In this document: piece by piece, positions 54,031-64,000 of the stretch | Layout of the letters: each line of letters begins with the position of its first letter | Position numbering within the stretch: the first letter of the stretch is position 1 | DNA from: the human T2T-CHM13v2.0 reference genome, Homo sapiens | DNA: 64,000 nucleotides | NCBI RefSeq assembly: GCF_009914755.1 | Contig: NC_060932.1 | Reading direction: 5' to 3' (one strand) | Notes under the pieces: model-generated | Databases searched by the model: none | What the model saw: only the letters and a program-made list of their open reading frames with translations | Told to the model about the DNA's origin: nothing | Position numbers and translations under genes: made by a program

Positions 54031-55710
54031 AATTAAGATTTTATTTTTTTAGAGCACTTTTAGGTTCACAGCAAAACTGAAAGGAAGGTATAGAGATTTC
54101 CCATACATCCCCTGCCATGACATGTGCATAGTCTCTCCCATTAAGAACATCCTCACCAGAGTGGCACATTTGTTATCACTGATGAGCCTACATTGACACG
54201 TCATTACCCCAAGTCCATAGTTCACATTAGGGTTCACTTTTGGTGTATTTTCTGTGGGTTTGGAAAAATGTATAATGACATATATCCACCGTTATAGTAT
54301 CATACAGAATATTTTCACTGCTATAGTACCATACAGAATATTGTCACTGCTCTAAAAATCCTCTGTGCTCGGCCTATATTTCCCTTTCTCCCCTCCAACC
54401 CCTAGAAGCCACCGATCTTTTTATAGTTTTGCCATTTTCAGAATGTCATATAGTTGGAATCACATAGTATGTAGCCTTTTCAGTTTGGCTTCTTTCACAC
54501 TAATCATATGCATTTTTGGCTCCTCCAGGTCTTTTCATGGCTTGATAGCTCACCTTTTAGTGCTGAATAATATTCCACTGTCTGATGTGTCAGAGATTAT
54601 CTGTTTACCTACTGAAGGACAACCTGGTTGCTTCCAAGTTTTGGCAATTACGACTAAAGCTTCTATAAACATCCATGGGCAGGTTTTTGTGTGGATATAT
54701 CTTTAACTCCTTTGAGTAAATGCCAAGGAGCACAATTGCTGAATTGTATGGTAAAAGTATATTAAGTTTTATAAAAAACCTCCAAACTGTCTTCCAAAGT
54801 GGCTGTACCATTTTGCATTCCATTGTCAGTGAATTGGATTTTTTGTTGCTTTCCATCCTCACCAGCATTTGGTATTGTCAGTGTTCTGGATTTTGGCTGT
54901 TCTAATAGGTGTGTAGTGCTATTTCATTGTTTTTTTTTTAATTTGATTTGCATTTCTCCAATGACATATGATGTGCAGCATCTTTTCATATGCTTATTTA
55001 CCATCTGTACCTCTTCTTTGGTGAGGTGTCTATTAAGAATTGTGCCCATTTTTTGATTGAGTTGTTTGTTTTTTATTGTTGAGTTTTAAGTGTTCTTTTT
55101 ATATTTTGGATAATAGTCTTTAATCAGATATGTCTTTTGTAAGTATATTATCCCAGTCTGTTGCTTGTCTTTTTATTCTCTTGACAGTGTCTTTTGTAGA
55201 GCAGAAAATTTTAATTTTAATGAAGGGCAACTTATCAATTTTTAAAAATATAGATTGTGTTTTTAGTGTTTTATCTAAAGATCCATCATCAACCAAAGGT
55301 CATTTAGATCCTCCCCTATGGTATCTTTTAGGAGTTTTATAGTTTTGCATTTTACATTTAGATCTGTGATCCATTTTGAGTTAATTTTTGTGAAAGGTAT
55401 AAGGTCTGTGTCTAGATTCTTCTTTTTGTGTGTGAATTTCCAGCTGTGCCAGCAGTATCTGTTGGAATACTATATTTGCTCCATAGTATTGCCCTTGCTA
55501 TTGTTTTGTCAAAGATAAGTTGACAATATTTCTGTGGGTCTATTTCTGGGCTTTCTCTTCTGTTCCATTCATCTATTTGTCTGTTTTGTTGCCAATACTA
55601 CACAGTCTTGAGTACTGTAGCTTTATAATAAGTCTTAAATTCAGATATTGTCTGTCCTCTCACTTTGTTCTTCTCCTTCAATATTGTGCTGGTTATTTTG
55701 GGCTTTTTAA
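54031..55710 (-). mobile_element. L1MC (MC1/2-like) 3' region
   Basis: 'ttttaggttcacagcaaaactga...agagatttcccataca', 'ccaagtccatagttcacattagggttcact'. Confidence 0.85.
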
Positions 55711-55789
55711 CACCTGAAAAAGATGCCTGGAAACCAATGTTCAGATGGCATTTTTAGTCCTTTAGGAATGTCTTATGCACTAGACCACC

Positions 55790-56600
55790 CAATGGAGCCA
55801 CTCTCATCAAGAGTATCAAGGACCTCCATGTTGCTAAATTCAGTGGTCAGTTGGTCAGTTCTCTTTCCTTTGATTTCACCTTCCATATCGGCATAATTTC
55901 TTCATGTAGCTTTAAGGCCATCATCCTCTTTAGGTTTTCCTTCTATGTCACTTAACTGGCCTCCCTGTTTGTATTTTTGTGTTTCTACAGTCTAGTCTCA
56001 ATATATTAGGGAAATTATTTTTTTATAAAGTGTGAGTTAATCACGATACTTCTTTCTTCAAATGCTGCAAGTGGCTCCTCATTTTATTAGAGACCAAAGT
56101 CCTTAAAATGGCCCATTTTCCTATGTTTCTTCCTCTTGCTCACTCTGTTCTATCCAATTTGCCTCCCTTGCTTCTCCTTAGACATGCCAGATCCTCTCCT
56201 AGCCTGTGTGCTGCCTGCATCCTCTGAAAAGAACACTGGTCTCAGTTTGAAACTTTCTCATATTCAAGTTTGAACTTAAATGTCAACTTTCCAAAGAGGC
56301 CTCTGTTGACTACTCTACTTAAAATTAAGCCACCCTTTACCGTGTTCCCTCTCTCCTAATTTGTTAACCTTGCTCTTTATTTGTTTTGCTTTGCACATAA
56401 TTTATAATACATTATATAACTTACCCATTTATTATGTGTATTATTTATCAACTGCCACCACTTCTAATCCTACTAGACTATAATTTACACAAGAGAAGAA
56501 ATCTTAATCTTTTTGTTCACTGATGAATTCAAGGCCCATGCACAATGCCTGGCACATAATACATGCTCAATATGTGTTTATTGAATAGAGAATAAATAAA
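55790..56600 (+). mobile_element. L2 3' region
   Basis: 'gacctccatgttgctaaattcagtggtcagtt', tail 'acaatgcctggcacataatacatgctcaatatgtgtttattgaat'. Confidence 0.8.
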
Positions 56601-57056
56601 TCTCCCACCAGAGAAAGTCAAAATCATCATCAAAGATACCAGAAATATAATTTCTGTTACAAATTAGTGACTCTGATTTGTTTATATTAAAAAATTATCC
56701 AACAGGCCATGGAAAGATTCACAAAAACATGAAATATGTAGACTGGCAATAAAATTGTAAACAGCCAGCATTGTTTTTCCAAACAGCATCAAAGAAACTT
56801 TACCAATAACAGAAGATCTTTGATACTGGTGCATTAATGAAAGACAATATTTCAGCCTAATTAAATTTACAGTGCAGAATAGGAAAAAGTTAAGTCTTTG
56901 TGTGGTTATTAAAATACATTATTTATGTTAATATCATAAATCATACTTGTGAATATATTCTTGATTTGCTCTATTAGCTCTGCGATTTCATAAATGTAAC
57001 TATTGATTGCTTTTAAATTATTGTCTAAAAATTACTTATCCTTGTAGCTTCTAAAC

Positions 57057-57280
57057 CAATGTTTCTCAAAATGTGTTCCAAGAAATGTTAACAGACAGTT
57101 TATGAAAAAGGAGAGTCTAAGCTCAGGTAAGTTTGGAAAACACCAAGTTAAATTTCTTCACTACGGGACTGCATGTACCTTTGAATTTTTCTAGAAGAAA
57201 TTTGGTGGGCAGCATTTCCCACATTTATTTGATCACAGAACCTTTTTATTCAAAGACCATCAATATTCTGGGAAACAGTG
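57057..57280. mobile_element. hAT-Charlie MITE (MER112-like)
   Basis: TIR-like 'caatgtttctcaaa' / 'ctgggaaacagtg'; 'gcagcatttcccacatttatttgatcacagaacc'. Confidence 0.55.
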
Positions 57281-60024
57281 CTATCCATACCCAGGTAAAA
57301 CTATGATCTAGTATGACATTTCTGTTATATTTACCACACACATGGTGAATACATTTGTGATTGTATTTACTTCCTCTCAAATGATTACCAAGTGATAGTA
57401 CTTTGCGGGACATCAGTTACATGAGTCCTACAAAAAAAAAAAAAAAAAAAAAAAAAAAGCTTTGCAGATTCCTGGATAGAAGACATATAAAAACTAGGTG
57501 GAAGTTAGACATTTATCAAACACTAATGTAGAGGGGGTCTGGGGCATAACAACAGCCGAAATTTGAAGAGAAAACGGTAAGCTGAGAAGAAATAGAGACA
57601 GCAGAAAGGATGGAGAGAGGGTTGAGAAAAAGCATGCTTAACATTTTCAAGCCCTGATATGCAGCCAGAATCCAGATTTGGGGCAAAAGATTAAAAACTT
57701 GGAAAAGCCTCGGTGCCTATGTCCCATTGGAAGTGAAAAAGAGTGGGGGCTCCTGCTCTGTTCCTCACTTCCATTATTTCAAGCCACATTTCCATAAAAA
57801 TTATCAAGAGTGAACAAAATGCACATTTCATACAATATGGCTGCTTTTCTTTCCTAACAAAAGAATGAATTGCCTCAGGAAATTAGATTCTTGTGACATT
57901 TGTTCCTCTTTACCATTGCAATGCAGTGTTCATTCTCTGATTCCAAAGGACAACTGATTAGCAACACATGTGTGACATTACTGAAGAAGCCAAACTTATG
58001 TGGCGTGAAATATTTCTTTAAAGACAGTAATACGGAAAAAAAGGGTATGTTATTTTGGGGAAGATGTCAACTAAATTTATTTTGTCTCAACATTAAACAA
58101 TTTTATTTTGGGCCACAAAACTGTATCATATTGAGATATCCCCAAGAGTATGAAAATGATCTTCTATCTTGAATATGTTATTAAATGACTTATAAATAAT
58201 TATATATGTACATAATAATTACATCTATTTGATATTTAATTTGTTTAACTAAGTTACACTGTTCCTTTAGGTAATCAATTTTAAACAGATTTGTTTGAAA
58301 TTTATAGAGAGTATTTAGAAGTAAGGCACATAGTTTGAACAAGAGCTGTGCACTGACCAATTGTCCTCCCATCATAACATCTAGCAGTTGATTTATATAG
58401 TTTGTCAGGATACCTACTAGATTTTGATATCTATTATTGGATTAATATCTTCATCACTTTTAGGTTGATGTTGCTGAAGAGTACAGTCAATTGAGTGCCT
58501 TCTCTTCATTGGGCGTTAGTCTTTATAGTAGCTTCTGCAGCGTCAGAACTTGCAATGGAAGAGATATTTTTCTAGCCCAGTGGCTTCTGCTGGGTTGTAA
58601 ACAGTCCGCTTGTATTTAAGGGAAGGAGCATGGCCTATAACATGACAGTCCCTGCTCAGTTCGTTGCTTCTGCCACCTGCCTTCTGGCTTAATGTTGGAA
58701 GCAAGAAGCATGCAATTAAGTGTGAGGAAATGAAAATAAATGACACCGTTCATTGCACATTACAAAGTGCCTGGCAGAAAGAGTGCTCCTTGTAGAGACC
58801 CAGTGACCCTGTGGAAAATGTGCCTCTGTTTGAGAAAATGCTGGGACTGAGACAGTGACCTGGGTTTTCTCTCTCATCTAATGTACCTATGGTTGCTGTA
58901 ACACTCTTACATTTCCTTCCTGGTTTAAAAAACAAAACCAGAGAAAATTATGTTTTGAAAACAAAATAAATTGCAAATACAACTATATAAATGCCCAGGA
59001 CATTCACTGTGTAATGATTTGTAGAGTCAATAATTAAATTTGAGTACAAAAGAATATACTCACAGTGACATTTTAGCTGATTTTGTAAGGTAAATTCTAT
59101 AAAAACAATGATTTTAAAGTAAATAATTGATTTTTGGGAGCAACCATTTGAAAATTGTTTTGTAAAATAACATATTTTAAACCCAATTTATTTTCAAAAT
59201 TGCACCTTAAGAAGCATTTAGGTAAGCTATATTGGGTTCACTTGGTAGCAGTTTAGTCATCCTCAGTGGACATCAAAACGTAGGCTGTGGCAGGTGGATA
59301 CTCTATTGCATTCTATGCATAGACAGTTCTACCTCCTTTCCAATGAAGAATTGAGAGCAGGAAGTGAATTGCTCTTGGTCACAGAGCCCAGGAGAGCACG
59401 ACTGAGCTGACAGAGAATCTCAGAAGCTTTCAATTTCACACTAAGATTTAATCTAGTTAATAAAGACATCTTTTGGATGTGTATATCATTTCCAGATGAG
59501 AACAGCATTACAAATCATTCTACCATACAGATTTAGTACATATTGCAGAAAAAATGCAGAACAATTATATACAATATATTTTAAATATTGAGAGGGTTGA
59601 GGAATTTGTAGACTCTTTAAGAAACTCAGGAGTGATTTTCATAATGAAAACTCATCATCAATATCTGCAGGAACTCCACATTACAGAAAATGGTGCACGT
59701 AGGTCTTTTCCTTTGGCAAAAAAAAAAAAAAAAAAAAAAAAAATTCCTCAAAGCAGGCAGAGGCATGAAAATCTCAGGCCAGCATTCCAAATATTATCTG
59801 CATTGGGAAACTACCCCTCTGAAACTGAGAATAATAGAAGGCTAAGGACTCAGTAGTAAATTAATACTTAAAGTTTTAAATATTTTTGTAATTCAAATCT
59901 CTAATGTTAACATTGCTAATGTCTGTAGTAACCTAATAATTCAAGTTTCATTTAAACTCATTTATTTATTCTGCTTCAAATTTTGATGCAAATGGCTCAG
60001 CAGAGTGGAGAACAGAAGGAGCCA

Positions 60025-60255
60025 TGTGGTAGATGCTGGGATAACCTGTTACATGTTGCCAGGAACCTCTTTATCAATAAATAATTTATCCCCTGAGCCA
60101 CTAGGAGGGCTGCTGGAAGATGGTGCTCAGCTGTAGCTCCTCTATGGGGCTGTCTTCCATGAAGATGGTTGCCTCACCAGAAAGCTTATCTCCTTTCAAT
60201 GACTGATCAATGTGGGTGTATAAGGGCCTGGCTGCCTTGCCCCATCTCAGAACAA
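60025..60255 (+). mobile_element. LTR16-like ERVL LTR fragment
   Basis: 'caatgactgatcaatgtgggtgtataagggcctggctgccttgcccc'. Confidence 0.6.
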
Positions 60256-61308
60256 GGGATGTGGAAGGAACATGATGGGAACATTGGTGACATGGAGTTC
60301 TGGGGAAGAGGTATGTGCCTAGATCTCTCCAAATGGTCACAGAATGGGACAATATCTGTGTTCCATGTGAAAGCTCACTGATGGGTGGTCTTGGCAAAGG
60401 AGGAGTTTAAAAATGAAAAGGATAGTATGATTTGTTCCATTCATACCAATCAGCCTCTTTTCATAGCTGCCCCTGTTATTGCCTCATGGGCTCATGAACA
60501 AATCAGCCATGGTGGCAAGGAAAGAGGTTGTTGGTGGGCACAGAAACACGGACATCCATTCACCAAGGCCAGCCTTGCTACAGCCACTACTGAGTGCCCA
60601 ATCTTCCAGAAACAGAGACCAACATTGAGCTGCTGATATGTCATCTTTCCCTGGGGTGATCAGCCAGCTACCTGTGGCAGCTGATTACATTGCACCACTT
60701 TCATCAAGGCAAGGACAGCATTTTGTTTTTACTGGAAGAGATTCTACTGCAGATATGAATTTGCTTTCTCTGCCTGTAATAGGCTGCAAAAACCACCATT
60801 TGTGAGCTTACAAAATAGTTTTTTCACCGTCATGGTATTCCACACATTATCGTTTCCCACCTAGGAACTTATTCATAGCAAAAGAAGCATGGCAATGGTC
60901 TCCTGTTCATGGACTTCACTGGTCTCACCATGTTCCTCGCCATCCTGAAGTGGCTGGCTTGATAGAATTGTGGAGTGGCCTTTTGAAAACCCAGTTAAGG
61001 CATCGGTTAGGTGACAACACCTGAGGGCCGAGGCAATGTCCTCCAGAAGGCTGTATATGCTCTAAATCAGCATCCAACGTATGGGGCTGTATCTCCCATG
61101 GCCAAGATTCATGATTCCAGAAATCAAGGAGGTTGAAATGAAAGTAACATCACTGCCTATAATCCTTAATATCCACTAGCAAAGTTTCGCTCCCGTTTCC
61201 TGCTACTTAAGGCTGGCCTGGGCTAGTGGTCTTAGTTCCAAAGAGGAATGCTTCCATAGGGGATGCAACAAAGATTCTATTGAATGGCAAGTCAGTACTG
61301 CCACCTGA
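60256..61308 (+). mobile_element. Degenerate ERVL internal pol (RNase H end / integrase)
   Basis: ORF track gives 'EFWGRGMCLDLSKW...VFHVKAH' and integrase zinc-finger-like 'WAHEQISHGG...TTECPIFQ'; frameshifts and stops. Confidence 0.85.
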
Positions 61309-61529
61309 TGTAGAAAGATTTGTGAAACCAAATTTATTTTTTTTGCTAGAGGCAGAATTGTATTCCATCTCTTTGACTTCTAACCAACATGGGTGTCTTT
61401 TGTAACTATGCTTATATTCACATACAGAGAGACAGAGGGTGAGAACAAGTGATTATGCTCCTTCATTGTCAATTTTTAAGAGAAAAGATTGCCATTATTT
61501 CTCTAACCCATAGTAGCAGCAACATGGCA

Positions 61530-61680
61530 ATAAAAGCCCAGGCTTTTAGCCAGATAGGCAGTTGTGTTCAAATCCCAGTTCCTTGATTTACTAAGTTACT
61601 TAAGTTTTCTGGGGCTTAGTTTTTTATCTGTCATATAGGGCTCTATCCATCTATGTTGTGAACTAATAAAGCAGAGCATG
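61530..61680 (+). mobile_element. MIR fragment
   Basis: 'gttcaaatcccagttcc...aagttacttaag...ttagttttttatctgtc'. Confidence 0.65.
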
Positions 61681-61683
61681 TCA

Positions 61684-61868
61684 TAGAGTGAGCATAGCGC
61701 CTGGTTGGATATCAGAAGGGGCAGTCCTGGTTTGCACCTGTTCTCTTGGAACAATTATTCATAATTAGATTAATTGATACTTATAATGGTATTAGTGATT
61801 ATACTAATTATTAAGTGCTCTCCCTCTTAATCTCAGAAGTTTACATGACAAATTATATGTTCACTCTA
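61684..61868 (-). mobile_element. MER81-like hAT-Blackjack MITE
   Basis: TIRs TAGAGTGAGCATA / TATGTTCACTCTA. Confidence 0.65.
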
Positions 61869-62016
61869 ATCATCATCAAATGTTAGTTTCTGTGCTCCAT
61901 TTTCCTGTTGCTTATTGTTGAGAACATTGCTGTAACATGGAATTGTAAAGTCTATTCAATGATTAAAGTGCCAATTGAAGATCCTATTCCAGACGTTGGC
62001 TTTATTCAAGGGGATG

Positions 62017-62367
62017 TGTTATATGGACTGTCAATCTCTAATGTGATGGCATTTGGAGATGGGGCCTTTGGGAGGTAATTAGGTGAAATGAAGCCATTAG
62101 GGTAGCAACTTCATGATGAGATTAGTGGCTTAACAAGAGAAGGAAGAGAGAAATGACCATGTGAGCACATGGAGAGAAGGCAGCTATCTACAAGCCAGAA
62201 AGAAAGCCCTCACCATAAACGAACCAGAAAGCCCTCACCCTAAGCCAACTATGCTAGCACTTTGATATTGGACTTCTAGCTTCCAGAACTAAGAGGCTGG
62301 GAGAAATAAGTGTCTGTTGTTTAAACTACCCTGTCTCTGGTATTTTCTTATAGCAATCTGAGCTAAG
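62017..62367 (+). mobile_element. MLT1A-like MaLR LTR
   Basis: 'tttggagatggggcctttgggaggtaattagg', 'ttggacttctagcttccagaact'. Confidence 0.8.
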
Positions 62368-64000
62368 GGTGATAAAATAGATATCTTGTTTCCCTGTAAA
62401 GAGTTCTTGAAAGAAAGCCTTAAGATAAATAAAATGTAATCCACCATTTAGACATTATAACGTGAAAAGTTTACAAATATCAGTAGAATTATTGTCACCT
62501 CATATTTTAACACACTTTCTACCTGGGGCTGCCTGTGCTTTGTTGCACATAGAATAGTCTAGAAGGTAGGACCTTCAATACTCATTCATGATTACTTACC
62601 AGAGGCGGAAAGTCGACTCATGCATGGCCCTGGTCACAGCCTCTGAGGACACATTTCTTATATCCTTTCTTTGCTAGACAACTTTGAGAAGAATGTTCTG
62701 TCAGGGTATTTATAGAAGCCATTAGCATGATGAGTGAATTCTATGGATAAGTGATGGCTCTTTAAAAATATGGCCTTAAGAAGAGAAAGAGAGAAACTCG
62801 TAGGGTGTCTTTTCCAAATAGCAGATTGCTATATTTGGGTGGTCTGAGGATTATGACAAATGTCAAGGACTGCAGACCTCACGAAAGCAGCTCATTATAG
62901 CTGAGCACACAGAATGCCACATTCAAGGTTGAGTAGCTGATTTTGTTGCAAACACTACTTTTCAGATTATACCATTTGAAATTTTTAATTAGCCATGAAT
63001 CCTTCTAGGGATAACTTTCCCACAGCTCTTTATAACACTGTAAAAACAAGTCAGATTTTGCTTCGGCAACCTAAAGAACTCAAAATAAGGGTTTCAGTGT
63101 GATAATGATTGTTTCCTCCTCAAATGCTAATTTTGAAAATTCATATTTCAGAAGAATGGATGCTCCAATCCTATGGTCATTCTGCATTTCTAAATCTCAT
63201 TAAAGTTAATGAATTCTGAAAATTAAAATAATAAAGAGAGCCTTTACAGTTTGACTGAATTTTTAGTTTAATAAAATAAGGCCCAGTGAAACACTTAAAC
63301 CTGTTGGTAATGTCCACTTTACAAATGGCTGCTGGATTCATACACAATGTCTTTATTGTTGGGCTCATGGTGTGGACAGCATGAGGGACAACCTAAAAAA
63401 AGATTCCTGTCTTGGGCTTATCTGCTTAGACTCAGCGTATGTCGGATATAGAGAATGTGAAAATCCAGTATATTGACAAAAACACAATCCTTTGCAATGG
63501 AGGCATTCCACAAAAGGTTGCATTCTTGGAGCTGATGCTGAAAGAGATTTTGGTACATATATAATTACATTGTTGCAAGGAACACAGATAATACAATTCT
63601 ACATAATAACTGTAGTGTTTCACATGGACTATTAACATTCTTGCCTAGTTTGTTTAACTTGTTTAACTCACATTTATTCCCTCTATTGAGTAGTTAATGA
63701 CAAATCATTTCTACTCTCCTGTGTGTGTATGTTTTCCCTTGGATACCAGATCTCCCCAAATCCATATTTTAGAAAGTCTCTGTGAGATAGCATATTTTCC
63801 TCTGAATTTCTATAATTCATATATTTCTATAACTTTCTGGCAGGCTCAAAGCTTCAAACAAACTCCACAAGTTCGTTTGTTTCTTTAATCTTTTTCCCGG
63901 TAGGTTGCTCTAAGCCTGTATTATCTAAAAAGGAGATACGAGTTTCTAAACTTATTATTCAACGGTTAGCATCCGCATTTTGCAAATGGGGACACCAAGG

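Noticed and set aside
54293-54350. 29-bp tandem duplication
   Set aside because: Ordinary slippage duplication inside a dead L1MC

Overview
Human genomic DNA (a human-specific AluYb8 is present), not microbial. The window holds the 5' end of TOX (thymocyte selection-associated HMG box; minus strand): coding exon 1 at 20310-20209 (MDVRFYPPPAQPAAAPDAPCLGPSPCLDPYYCNK), its CpG-island bidirectional promoter (~18.9-21.9 kb), a predicted spliced divergent lncRNA (TOX-DT-like) on the + strand, ~20 kb of transposon-poor intron 1 to the left and ~42 kb of transposon-dense upstream DNA to the right (Alu, L1, L2, MIR, MaLR/ERVL LTRs, DNA transposon MITEs, an ERVL pol remnant). Almost all listed ORFs are spurious. 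I found no new multi-gene system. The best candidate for undescribed biology is the TOX 5' leader: a TCT/TOP-like pyrimidine run plus two identical AUG-UGA start-stop elements, the only uAUGs in ~300 nt. Other notable items: a 57-bp near-perfect palindrome inside an MLT1 LTR, an old L1 with twin-priming-like inversion geometry, a young long-tailed AluYb8, and an ancient local duplication dated by an AluJ. Repeat subfamily calls are from recalled consensus sequences and boundaries of old repeats are approximate.
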